From: Thermoplasmatota archaeon
GTDB lineage: Archaea > Thermoplasmatota > Penumbrarchaeia > Penumbrarchaeales > Penumbrarchaeaceae
Direction of reading: 5' to 3'
DNA: 44,453 nucleotides
NCBI GenBank assembly: GCA_965234725.1
Contig: CBDDUX010000022.1
Coordinates: 1-44,453 of the forward strand
The notes under the pieces are model-generated. The model was not told the DNA's origin. It saw only the letters and a program-made list of their open reading frames with translations, and ran no database searches. The translations under genes were made by a program, and so were the position numbers. Position 1 is the stretch's first letter, and each line of letters begins with the position of its first letter. Below are positions 29,843 to 39,599 of this stretch, in pieces.

Positions 29843-29923
29843 ACCGGATCGATCGTAATTGATATTGGATCTTTTTGGGAAAAATTCCCATTTTTAATTT
29901 TTAGTATAGCTAGATGTATCTAT

Positions 29924-29976
29924 AAAAGAAAAAAAAAAGAGAAAGAAAACGGACCCAGTTTCTTCTTAGGTCCGTT
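29924..29976 (-). terminator. Intrinsic terminator of the RRM gene
   Basis: Stem AACGGACC (29948-29955) / GGTCCGTT (29969-29976), followed on the minus strand by a long U-rich tract (29947-29924). Confidence 0.8.
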
Positions 29977-30003
29977 CCTTAAGATTGGTTATCTTTTTAA
30001 GGA

Positions 30004-30267
30004 TTACCAGGAATTGCTTCTCTCTTCACGTGGACGGGCCACATTCACTTTAAGAGCCCTTCCCATTAGGTCCTTGCCATCGAGTTCGGCTATGGCTAAT
30101 TTAGCCTCATCATCGTTTTCCATTTCAACGAATCCGAAACCCTTGGATCTTTCGGAATATTTGTCAATGATTATCTTGACGGAATCCACGGAACCGAATT
30201 CTTCAAAAGCCTTTCTCACATCATTTTCTCCTGCATCAAAGGAGAGATTTCCAACGTATATGTTCAT
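30004..30267 (-). CDS. Single-RRM RNA-binding protein (bacterial RbpA-like)
   Basis: RNP2 IYVGNL, RNP1 KGFGFVEM, and GRALKVNVARPR. Confidence 0.95.
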   Translation of the reverse strand: MNIYVGNLSFDAGENDVRKAFEEFGSVDSVKIIIDKYSERSKGFGFVEMENDDEAKLAIAELDGKDLMGRALKVNVARPREERSNSW

Positions 30268-30647
30268 TCAAGTACCCCCTTTGCCTGACATCGGGGGCAT
30301 AAAGCACCGGATCACAAGCTTAGAGCAAATGTGCCAGGAGATGATCGTACTTAAAATCTTCGGTAAATATCCAGGGGAGAATCCCTCGTTTTTAGTTAAT
30401 TCATTGAATATTCAAATATTGTAGGGGATTATTTTCCATTGAAATATTTTCCCATCTTATACAAGATTATTATTGAAATTATGTTCATGAAACCAGATAA
30501 AGCCCAAATGGATCAATAGAAAGTCAATCTGCCCCTTTCCTTTATTCTGTTCATTTTTCATGGATTCCTGGGATAACAGCGGCAAAGTAGTTATAATACC
30601 GGGTTATGGGAGAGATGTCACCTTTTAGAGGTGTAAGGAAATATAGT

Positions 30648-30812
30648 ATGTATGACGATAGGCGTGGAGGAGGCTTCAATAGGCCCCCTCGTGAAATGTT
30701 CGATGCAGTATGTGCAGAATGTAAGCAGAAGACCCAGGTTCCCTTTAAACCATCAGAAGACAGACCGGTTTATTGCAGGGAATGTTATCAGAAGAAAAGA
30801 CCGAGATATTGA
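30648..30812 (+). CDS. CxxC-x17-CxxC zinc-binding protein
   Basis: REMFDAVCAEC-(17 aa, including VPFKP)-CREC, preceded by an RGGG-containing N-terminus. ATG 30648 lies downstream of purine-rich SD-like sequence. Confidence 0.88.
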   Translation: MYDDRRGGGFNRPPREMFDAVCAECKQKTQVPFKPSEDRPVYCRECYQKKRPRY

Positions 30813-31049
30813 TAGTTCCAACAATTGATGGTTCAATTCAATAAAACGATATTTTTCCATGATAGTTTAAAACATATGAACAATGGGATCGGATCTCTGA
30901 AATTGCTCTGAGATCTGGTCCCTGTCTTTTCTTTTAAGTATCTCCCTTGGAGATATTTTTCATTTTTTTTTCCTTTTAGTACTTTCATTACCGGAATTGA
31001 TAGCTTAATAATGATGGTCCTCATCGTTCGGTATAAGGAAGGAATCCAG

Positions 31050-34000
31050 ATGAAGAGGACCGTATATTCCCTCTGTGCAATTTTGGTTCTAATGATAGCT
31101 TCATTTTTCACCGGCTATGGAATGAGGTTGGATACGGTTGCAGGTCCTGGAACCTACCTGTCAGATGGTTCAAAGACCCGGGAACTCAATGAATCCTATG
31201 TGAAAGAGGATGCAAATGAGATCTCCATAGGAAATGACAATATCGAGATCGTTCTGGCAAAGAATGTAAAAGGTGGAATAGACCGGATAATAGACAGATC
31301 CACAGGTATCGATCTCAGGGGGAACAAGGTGCCTCCTCCGGTGATACTGATGATATACTACTGGACAGGCAGCTCGTTTGATATCGTGATCCAATGGGAC
31401 GCATTGACCGTAATTTATACCAATGAGACCACAACGGGGAGATCCACGGTTACAATGAGATACGAACAGTTCAGAGGCAAAAACCTGAATGCAACGGTGA
31501 CAATAACCCTGGAAAGCGATGCCAGAATGGCCGAGTTCGGATTGGAGATAGAAAATGATGAGGATTTCACTGTAAGGTCCCTTTATTTTCCCGTAGTTTG
31601 GGGGTTAGGAACCATTGGAGATAATGCGGATGATGACAAGATATTCTATCCCGTTGGGGACGGAATGGTCCTGAATGATCCTCTCTCATATTATGATGGC
31701 ATCCATATGACAGAGTTCTATCCATCGACTGCTTCCATGCAGGTCATGTGCCACTACGATCCTGATGAGACAGGATTGTATATGTCAACAGATGATGTCA
31801 ATGGATATCCCAAACGGCCCTCCCTCGATTGGATGGAATGGAGCGGTATCAAACATTTTGCCGGTTTCTATCAACACCTGGTCCCTGAATATGTCGGAAA
31901 TGATCCGGCACTTGATTATGATTGTCTGGTTGGAACCTTCCAAGGGGATTGGATGGATGCAGCCGAGATCTATAAGGAATGGGCCGAGTCGACACAGTTT
32001 GTGTCCGGGGGCAAGGTCTTTGAAGAGAAGGATACGCCAGATTGGTTCTCAAAGACATCGGTAGTATCTTCTTCCAACAGGGATGGTGATATCATCCACC
32101 GGTCACTGAATGATATCGTCAATATAACTGAAGATTTCTCGGAGCTGACGGGAGTGGATACCACTCACCTGATATTCGCGTGGGCAAAGAACGGTGCATG
32201 GATCGGACCTGACTACTTTCCTCCTGCTGCGGGGGAGGATAACTTCAAGGAAGCAACTGCTGCAATGAGTGATAATGACGACCATTCCTTCGTCTATATT
32301 TCCGGGAGCGTCTGGAGGATAACCAGGGATGATCTGGGATATGAGGATTGGGAATATTTCAACACATCCGGGAAACAGTGGGTATGCATCAACGAATATG
32401 GACAACCCACCCTTGACCAAGGGTATCTGAGCATCGGCTGGACCAGTGCCAGGATGGATCCAATGACTGATCTCTGGCATGATACCGTTGTTGATAACTT
32501 CCTCTCATGTGTGGACCTTGGAGTGGATGTCATCCAGATCGATGAATTCCCTATAGGTTCGATCTATCCCTGTTACAATAGTTCTCATGGACACCCCCTT
32601 GGATACAGCAAGAACATCACGGCATCATATCTCTCCATTCTCGAAGATGCCAGGACCTCTGGAAGAGCTCTCAATCCCGATATCATCATGTCCATGGAGG
32701 AACCCAGCGAGTTCTATATCCCATTCATGGATACCTACGTCAGCCGTGACAACTCCCCAGAGTTCATGATATATCCCATAGCAATTGAGATGTATGGAGA
32801 TGATGTCGACATGGTCCCGTTCTTTCCCCATGTCTATCATGAATACATAACGGCATTCGGGGAACCCATCCCCATGAACAAGGATTATCCGGTGGATTTC
32901 ACCAAACAGATGAGAAGGTCCATCGCAAGGGCTTTCGTCACCGGTGAGATAGTATCCGGGAGCGGAGATGACAGTGAGAACCTCAGGTCCGATGTGATAT
33001 CACTTTACAACAGGACCGTCAGGGCATCTGCCGGATATGCCAATGATTATCTTCTGAAAGGAAAACCTCTGAGACCTCCACGTATCGATGTGGAGGATAC
33101 ACTTGTGGAATGGTATTTCTACTCCAATGAGACCATGGGACGACCGTTCCATGACCGATCGGTCCTCAATTCTGCCTGGGAGGATGATGAGGGAAGGATC
33201 GGACATGTTCTGGTCAATTGGGACCTTCAGGAGAGGTCCTTCGAAATGGAAATTCCCGGATATGATCTGGATGAAGGGAACTGGTCCGTGGTAATGACAA
33301 GGAACGGGGATCGGGAGGTCCTCCTGAGGAGTACCACGCTTCCTGTAACCATTGATCTGACCCTGGCCGCCGATGATGTCTGTCTTATTGAGGTCCTAAG
33401 ATCGCCTGATATCTCCATTGGATCTGCTGATATCGAGATTCCTGCCGGTCCAATTCTTACAGGAGAGGAGCATTCCATCGATGTTACATTTCACAATACC
33501 GGCACCTCATCTTTCCAGTTCCTGAACCTGGCCCTGGAACACAATGGGTCCGTAATCTCTTCATCTCAGGTCGAAGATGAGGTTGTTCCGGGCGGGTCCA
33601 TGTCTACAACTCTGGAGTTGAATACCACCGGTCTTGAAGGTATGACAGATCTTAGGGTCGTTGTTGACCCGGGAAATGAGATCTTGGAACTCTCGGAGGA
33701 TGATAATTCAGTTTCCTTTTCCATTGAGATTCTTGAAAGACCCAGAGCCAACCTCTCAATTCTTGTACTGGATGATCTGACCGGGTCACCGATCTCCAAC
33801 GCTTCCCTCCGGCTTCTACAGGGATCGGAACTGCAGATGGAGAGGAATACCACCGAGTTTGGGACGATCTCAATTCATGGTATCGTTGCAGGTGATTACA
33901 GTTTGGTGATCAATGCGGGAAATTACATCGGTAAGACCATATCAGTAACTCTTGGAGAAGGTCAGCAAGGTGACCTTGAGGTTCGGCTTGAGAGAATTTT

Positions 34001-34922
34001 CTATTCATTCAGACTGCGGGGGACCGTGTTTGAAAATAACACGGAGGATCCTGTTTTTGGCGTTCTGGTAGAGATGAGATCCTGGAATAATGATACCATG
34101 ATTGCATCGTTGGTAACTGACAGTAATGGGACCTTCTCCTTTGAGACTGTACCCATCGGTGCGATCAACATAACTGCTTCAAAGGAAGGATACATTCCCA
34201 TCAATATTAGAATCGATCAAGCAACGCCAGATGAACTGACGACACTGGACATTTATTTGGAAAGGGAACAGGTGATCGAGGAAAAAGGATCCATACATGG
34301 TACAATTACCGATTCCGAAACAGGAGAGGTCATTCCAGGGGTAACTGTCGATCTTGGTGAGATCTCAATTATTTCAGATGAGAATGGTGAATTCAATATC
34401 TCGGAACTTGAACCGGGTCCCTATTACATCTCGGTGAGTAAGGAGGGATTTTCTTCCGGTAATGTAACTGTCACAGTGGTCCCGGGTAAGATAATGTTTG
34501 CGAACATAACATTGGATAGGATCGAAGAGCCAGTGGTGTTGAAGGGATCATTAAGGGGAAAGGTGTTGAATGAAGAGGGAGAACCGGTCCAAGGGGCTAA
34601 AGTATCCATTATTGGATCGAACCGTACAGTTCTTACAGGAGCAGATGGATCATTTTCATTCGAAGAACTTGATGAGGGATCATATGTTCTGAATGCAACT
34701 GCTCAAGGTTATATTGAGAGCAATTCTTCCGAGATCACGGTCGGAGAAGGTGAGGATGCTGTCTATAATTTCACTCTTTCCAGGATAGTAAAGGAAAAGG
34801 AAAGTGATGATCCCTCCTCCATGGTTTTTCTGATAGTTTTATTGGTGATCATCTTGGCGGTGATTGTGGGATCTATCATCTTCTTTGCATCCAGGAAGAA
34901 GGTGGAATGGTATGAGGAATGA
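31050..34922 (+). CDS. Membrane-anchored DUF6259-like (putative glycoside-hydrolase-type barrel) protein with CARDB and four carboxypeptidase-regulatory-like domains
   Basis: Signal peptide from MKRTVYS. Motifs GDWMDAAEIYKEW, PDYFP, GVDVIQIDE and SMEEPSE. CARDB motif VVVDPGNEILELSEDDN. Repeats of G.V......P..GA.V.....T..NG.F....L..G.Y.......GY. C-terminal TM helix. Confidence 0.8.
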   Translation: MKRTVYSLCAILVLMIASFFTGYGMRLDTVAGPGTYLSDGSKTRELNESYVKEDANEISIGNDNIEIVLAKNVKGGIDRIIDRSTGIDLRGNKVPPPVILMIYYWTGSSFDIVIQWDALTVIYTNETTTGRSTVTMRYEQFRGKNLNATVTITLESDARMAEFGLEIENDEDFTVRSLYFPVVWGLGTIGDNADDDKIFYPVGDGMVLNDPLSYYDGIHMTEFYPSTASMQVMCHYDPDETGLYMSTDDVNGYPKRPSLDWMEWSGIKHFAGFYQHLVPEYVGNDPALDYDCLVGTFQGDWMDAAEIYKEWAESTQFVSGGKVFEEKDTPDWFSKTSVVSSSNRDGDIIHRSLNDIVNITEDFSELTGVDTTHLIFAWAKNGAWIGPDYFPPAAGEDNFKEATAAMSDNDDHSFVYISGSVWRITRDDLGYEDWEYFNTSGKQWVCINEYGQPTLDQGYLSIGWTSARMDPMTDLWHDTVVDNFLSCVDLGVDVIQIDEFPIGSIYPCYNSSHGHPLGYSKNITASYLSILEDARTSGRALNPDIIMSMEEPSEFYIPFMDTYVSRDNSPEFMIYPIAIEMYGDDVDMVPFFPHVYHEYITAFGEPIPMNKDYPVDFTKQMRRSIARAFVTGEIVSGSGDDSENLRSDVISLYNRTVRASAGYANDYLLKGKPLRPPRIDVEDTLVEWYFYSNETMGRPFHDRSVLNSAWEDDEGRIGHVLVNWDLQERSFEMEIPGYDLDEGNWSVVMTRNGDREVLLRSTTLPVTIDLTLAADDVCLIEVLRSPDISIGSADIEIPAGPILTGEEHSIDVTFHNTGTSSFQFLNLALEHNGSVISSSQVEDEVVPGGSMSTTLELNTTGLEGMTDLRVVVDPGNEILELSEDDNSVSFSIEILERPRANLSILVLDDLTGSPISNASLRLLQGSELQMERNTTEFGTISIHGIVAGDYSLVINAGNYIGKTISVTLGEGQQGDLEVRLERIFYSFRLRGTVFENNTEDPVFGVLVEMRSWNNDTMIASLVTDSNGTFSFETVPIGAINITASKEGYIPINIRIDQATPDELTTLDIYLEREQVIEEKGSIHGTITDSETGEVIPGVTVDLGEISIISDENGEFNISELEPGPYYISVSKEGFSSGNVTVTVVPGKIMFANITLDRIEEPVVLKGSLRGKVLNEEGEPVQGAKVSIIGSNRTVLTGADGSFSFEELDEGSYVLNATAQGYIESNSSEITVGEGEDAVYNFTLSRIVKEKESDDPSSMVFLIVLLVIILAVIVGSIIFFASRKKVEWYEE

Positions 34923-34958
34923 TCGAAATACGAACACAACCGATCATTAAGTCTAAGT

Positions 34959-36794
34959 TCAATTCCTTGTCTTTCTTCTACCAGCTTTATGGGTCCTCTT
35001 CCTCTCTCCCTTCTTGTTCCATTCCTCATTGGCCTTTCTCACCAGAGGCTCCTTTCCCATCAGGGACTTCCTGAAAGATTTGAGTATTGATTTCCCATCC
35101 CTTGAGGGAACTGTTACGAATGAGAAATCACCGTGGATCTCGATGTCGCCGATCCTATCCTCGCTGATGTCGTTCCTCTCCCGTATCATCTCTATGATCC
35201 TGAACCTGTTCATTTTTTGTTTCTTTCCCAATGCGATGAACAATCTCATCTCTCTTTTACCTGTAATGTCATCCTCGCTGGGAACATTATCATCTGTTCT
35301 CATGACCTTTTCATAAGGTTTTTTAATCCTTTTATCGGTCATATCATCCGATCTTGGACCACTGTCACCTGTTCTCTGGATCCTCTCAAAAGGTTTTTTG
35401 ATCCTTTCATCGGTCCTTCGTTCATATTCGACGGGTTGAGGAGGTCTTTCTTCTCCTTTGGTCCATTTCTTGAAATCGTTCTTCCCTCTTCTGAAATGAT
35501 CGGATCCTTCTTCCAGGTCCTTTCCGAAGGAATATTTCAGCAACGCAGAAATCAGGTCCTCTTCAGAGCTTCCTTCCATGAGCTCCCTGGCCCAGGTCCT
35601 GTACCCCTCGGATTCCTTCGTCTCCAGTATCTTTCCCAGATGTTCTTCCACCCTCTTCTTCTTGATGCCGATCATTTCATTTTTATTTGGAACACCCTTC
35701 TTTCTGATATCCGCTTTGGTGAACCTCTTTATGAAATCCATCTTCTTGAACTCTGTGGGAGTGACGAATGTTATGGCCGTCCCCTTCTTTCCGGCCCTGC
35801 CGGTCCTTCCTATCCTGTGGACGTATGCTTCCGGATTGTTGGGAATGGAGTAGTTGATCACATGGGTGAGGTCCTCCACGTCTATTCCCCTGGCTGCCAC
35901 GTCCGTTGCCACAAGGATGTTGATCTTCCTGTTCCTGAACTTGCCAAGGATCTTTTCCCGGAGCGGTTGAGAGATATCACCGTGGAGGTTGTCAACCTTG
36001 TATCCCTTCTCCTGGAGGTTTGTATTGAGCTCATCCACATCTGCTTTGGTCTTGCAGAAGATTATACCATAGAAGTCGGTCTCGATGTCCAGGATCCTTG
36101 AAAGGGCCTCCATCTTGTCCCTTCTGGATACCTCGAAATAGATCTGTTCTGTCAGGTCCGTTGTGATACTTATCTCGGATCGAACATGGTCATATTCCCC
36201 CATGTAGCTCTCCGCAAGCTTCTTGATCCTCTTTGGCATGGTAGCGGAGAAAAGGAGTATCCTCTTCTCTTTCGGTGTTCCCTTCAGGATCTCCTCGATA
36301 TCATCGATAAAACCCATGTTCAGCATCTCATCCGCCTCGTCCAGGATGAAATATCTTATGTTAGAAAGGACCAGGCTTCCTCTTCTTATATGATCTTGGA
36401 CCCTCCCTGGTGTGCCAACCACAATTGAAACCCCATCTCTCAATTTCCTCAGCTGCACCTGTATGAACTGTCCTCCGTAAATGGCAGCGGTTGTTATTCC
36501 GCTGTCGCCTTTTAGGGAATCTATCTCTTCTGTGACCTGGATGACAAGCTCTCTGGTGGGGGCCAGGATAATTGCCTGGACATCTCTGCTTCTTGGGTCG
36601 AGCTTCTCGATGAGAGGAAGTCCGAATACGGCTGTCTTTCCGGTTCCTGTCTGCGCCTGGGCAATGATGTCCTTCTTATCCGCCATCAACAGGGGAATGG
36701 CCAGTAACTGGATCTCTGTTGGGATATTGTATCCCTTCTTATCAAGGGTTCTCAGAGTCTTATCCGAAAGCCCTAGTGAACTGAATCCTTCCAT
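34959..36794 (-). CDS. deaD: DEAD-box RNA helicase (DeaD/CsdA-like) with a C-terminal DbpA-type RNA-binding domain
   Basis: Q-motif PTEIQ, AQTGTGKT, PTREL, DEAD, SAT, ARGID and HRIGRTGRAG. C-terminal RLFIALGKKQ...IGDIEIHGDFSFV. The start is ATG 36794 or GTG 36815. Confidence 0.92.
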   Translation of the reverse strand: MEGFSSLGLSDKTLRTLDKKGYNIPTEIQLLAIPLLMADKKDIIAQAQTGTGKTAVFGLPLIEKLDPRSRDVQAIILAPTRELVIQVTEEIDSLKGDSGITTAAIYGGQFIQVQLRKLRDGVSIVVGTPGRVQDHIRRGSLVLSNIRYFILDEADEMLNMGFIDDIEEILKGTPKEKRILLFSATMPKRIKKLAESYMGEYDHVRSEISITTDLTEQIYFEVSRRDKMEALSRILDIETDFYGIIFCKTKADVDELNTNLQEKGYKVDNLHGDISQPLREKILGKFRNRKINILVATDVAARGIDVEDLTHVINYSIPNNPEAYVHRIGRTGRAGKKGTAITFVTPTEFKKMDFIKRFTKADIRKKGVPNKNEMIGIKKKRVEEHLGKILETKESEGYRTWARELMEGSSEEDLISALLKYSFGKDLEEGSDHFRRGKNDFKKWTKGEERPPQPVEYERRTDERIKKPFERIQRTGDSGPRSDDMTDKRIKKPYEKVMRTDDNVPSEDDITGKREMRLFIALGKKQKMNRFRIIEMIRERNDISEDRIGDIEIHGDFSFVTVPSRDGKSILKSFRKSLMGKEPLVRKANEEWNKKGERKRTHKAGRRKTRN

Positions 36795-36864
36795 GTTTCT
36801 CTTGGTCGGCGACACCCGGAACTAGTATTAATTACTTGTACTGGAAATTGAAGGATCGGTCCTA

Positions 36865-37437
36865 TTAACCGCCCTTTTGCTGTTCAACAATATCCATCAT
36901 GAGGGCTGCCGTCACTATCAGTCTGGGATCGACCCTTTTATCCTTGATATTGAGTGTCCAGGTATCCCCAATGATCTGGAACTTCTGTATGGCTTCCGCC
37001 AATTCACCTGACCCGTCAGAGAAATCGTATTTCTTTGGAACGAACTTCAAGACTCCGATCAATCTTCTTAATATGGAGAACACATCTCCCCTCTCTTTCA
37101 CCGTCCCGATCTCGTTCTTCTTGGCATCGAATATCTTCCAAGTGTCTCTTAAAATGGATTTCAGAGCCTTTCTGCCTACATAACCAATGGCCTTGCCGGA
37201 TTTCGGGTCGGAAACCTTGAATGTCCCGGACCAGTCAAGGATCTGTTCCTGTTTGATCAGGAGAAGCTCCTTTGACAGGGAGTCATCCGTGTATATTCTG
37301 ATATCTTCTTTGAGTTTGAACAATTTCTGCTTGCAGAAACCTATTCGGTTTCCACTACCGTCCTCTATGAAATATTTCCTGCCAACTGTCAGTACCTTCT
37401 GCTTGATGACATATTTATCCCCTTTCCAGACATCCAT
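36865..37437 (-). CDS. LURP-one-related/scramblase (tubby C-terminal-like) family protein
   Basis: YVIKQKVLTVGRKYFIED, KQKLFKLKEDIRIY and DPRLIVTAALMMD. Start ATG 37437 is preferred over the called 37458. Confidence 0.8.
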   Translation of the reverse strand: MDVWKGDKYVIKQKVLTVGRKYFIEDGSGNRIGFCKQKLFKLKEDIRIYTDDSLSKELLLIKQEQILDWSGTFKVSDPKSGKAIGYVGRKALKSILRDTWKIFDAKKNEIGTVKERGDVFSILRRLIGVLKFVPKKYDFSDGSGELAEAIQKFQIIGDTWTLNIKDKRVDPRLIVTAALMMDIVEQQKGG

Positions 37438-37528
37438 TGGATAACCCTGGGGGAACAATGAGAGATGGATATTACTACCTTTTCATTTTAATTTTTCATC
37501 AAATGATATGGCACAAGCTTGATTGTAT

Positions 37529-39379
37529 TTACAGAGTTGAGATCTTTCTCTTCCTGATCATTATTACTGACGCCGATAAAACTCCAAGCACAGTCGTGAC
37601 GAACGTCATGGGGGTGTCCCTTTTTTCAACAACCTTCACCGGAAATTCCTTCACTTCTATGTCGATTGATCCTTCATCGGAAAGCCCATTTGCTTTCACA
37701 ATTACCGAAATGAAGTAATTTCCTGGTTGGTCCGGAGCTGTCCATTGAATGGAATTACCATTTCCGTCTATCTTCCCACCCTCCGCTGTCCATTGATAGG
37801 ATATTGGATCATTATCAGGGTCCTCTGCCGAGACGGTGATGGTGACAGTTTCTCCTGGTTTGGCTAGATCCTTGTCTGATGTCAACGTGATGATCTCGGG
37901 AGGTTCGTCTATGTCAATATCATCTGATACCACAGTTATGGATTCCGATCTTTGAATCGATTCCTGGTTGTCTCCTACCGAAGCGGTCAGTATATAGTCT
38001 CCAGGGGTCTGAGGAGCCTTGATGGTGATCGTCGGTCCTTGCTGCGAAATCAATTCTCCATCAAGAAAATAGGAGTAATCCATTATATCATGGTCAGGAT
38101 CGAATGCATCAACTGAAACACTGATATCATCTCCCTGGTGGACCATTTTGGGGTTTACATCCATTGAAACGATCACAGGAGATCTGTTCTCGATTATGGT
38201 CATGAAAGCGGATCTATCACTTATTTCCCCAAGGTATTCCGTATGCGTATCCTTAGATCCTCCAGATGCATCCATTCTTATCTTACTTTCCTCGGAGGTC
38301 TGAAGTTCCGATGTGACTTTGAGAAAATGCTGGCTGATCCCTCCTTCGTATAAATTGACCTCTGAATAACCGATGGGATACTGGATGATGGATCCGATGC
38401 TGGAGTGATACCTCATATTCTTTTCCACGATCTTGTTCTTGTGATTATGGCCTGCTACCACGGATATGATCTGTCCATTCCTATCCATCAGGTCGTTTAA
38501 CCTGGATTTCGACAAGTCATCCAATGTGAATACCCCTGTTTCTTCCATCGGGTGATGCATAAAGAGCAATGTCGGAGAACCCTCATTTCCAGATAGGTCC
38601 TCTTCCAGCCATGTGAATTGGTCATCATCCAATGTCCCTCCTATCTCTCCGTAAACAGAGGAATCCAGTATGATGAAATGGTATCCAGATCTGTCGAATG
38701 AGTAATAGGTATGTTCCACATCCATGTATGAGGAGGCTATCTCCTCCCAGTTCTCCAGGTTTTTTTCCCAGTTGCCAAACGTGAATACCCATGGATGGGT
38801 CAATGATCCGACAATATCGAAGAATTCGGCGTAGTCTTCCGGATCACCGTTGACCATATCCCCCAGGAATACGACCATGTCGATCTCTTGGTCCTGGTTT
38901 AACTGTGAAACGGCTGATCTGAAAAGGAGAGGGGAATCCTGGTACATTGAACCTCCTCCGTTATTCTGACCGTCCATATCTATATGGGCATCACCCATCA
39001 GTACCATTGTGAAACCTTTATCTTCACCTTTGGTGGAAAGTGTTGTGAAATTTCGGATTTGCGTCCATTTATCGCCAGAACCCAACCTGTATAGGTATGT
39101 TGTGTCAGCTTGGAGCTCTTCCGTGTAAATGGAATGGAACATTGTCGCCTCATCCAGCACAACTTCCGAATCCAGGTTATCTGTCGTTCCGTATTCGAGC
39201 TTTGTGTCTGTGGGTATGTTTGTGATCCATGTCCATCCGGCTTCATTCTCGCTAACAGTGACCAGTTCAACCTGTGTGATGATCACTGCAGACATCTCCT
39301 GAGAGGAAACGATGTCTATGATCGATACCGTAAGAACAAGAAATATCGACACGGTTGTGATCAACCTTGTTATCCTCAT
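37529..39379 (-). CDS. Secreted calcineurin-like metallophosphoesterase with an N-terminal Fn3 (purple-acid-phosphatase-like) domain, two PKD/Ig domains and a C-terminal anchor
   Basis: Metal motifs GDAH, GDMV, GNWE, HHP and GHNH. Signal peptide from MRITR, with a G-rich SD upstream. C-terminal DTP + hydrophobic helix + RKRK. Confidence 0.87.
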   Translation of the reverse strand: MRITRLITTVSIFLVLTVSIIDIVSSQEMSAVIITQVELVTVSENEAGWTWITNIPTDTKLEYGTTDNLDSEVVLDEATMFHSIYTEELQADTTYLYRLGSGDKWTQIRNFTTLSTKGEDKGFTMVLMGDAHIDMDGQNNGGGSMYQDSPLLFRSAVSQLNQDQEIDMVVFLGDMVNGDPEDYAEFFDIVGSLTHPWVFTFGNWEKNLENWEEIASSYMDVEHTYYSFDRSGYHFIILDSSVYGEIGGTLDDDQFTWLEEDLSGNEGSPTLLFMHHPMEETGVFTLDDLSKSRLNDLMDRNGQIISVVAGHNHKNKIVEKNMRYHSSIGSIIQYPIGYSEVNLYEGGISQHFLKVTSELQTSEESKIRMDASGGSKDTHTEYLGEISDRSAFMTIIENRSPVIVSMDVNPKMVHQGDDISVSVDAFDPDHDIMDYSYFLDGELISQQGPTITIKAPQTPGDYILTASVGDNQESIQRSESITVVSDDIDIDEPPEIITLTSDKDLAKPGETVTITVSAEDPDNDPISYQWTAEGGKIDGNGNSIQWTAPDQPGNYFISVIVKANGLSDEGSIDIEVKEFPVKVVEKRDTPMTFVTTVLGVLSASVIMIRKRKISTL

Positions 39380-39479
39380 GGTAAGACCCCCCAATATAAA
39401 TAATCAATAAGATGGTTAAATCTTATGGTTATTTATTGCAAAGGAACAGCCTCTCCTCGAATTTGATAAATCAATTTAA

Positions 39480-39599
39480 GAGTGTGTCCGAGAAATAATA
39501 AACAATCTCATCGGAGGGTATATTCAACCTTCAAACTCCCCGTTTTTCAAGGAATAGTTACCCCTCCGTGTGAATGAAAGTCATTTCTCGGACAGGCTC
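39480..39599. mobile_element. 120-bp MITE (non-autonomous IS derivative) with 17-bp terminal inverted repeats and TTAA flanks
   Basis: Left end GAGTGTGTCCGAGAAAT (39480-39496) and right end ATTTCTCGGACAGGCTC (39583-39599) match at 15/17 as inverted repeats. TTAA lies at 39476-39479 and 39600-39603. There is no room for a transposase. Confidence 0.82.

Noticed and set aside
35133-36101. 322-aa + strand ORF
   Set aside because: It is antisense to the conserved DEAD-box helicase core and has no independent motifs.
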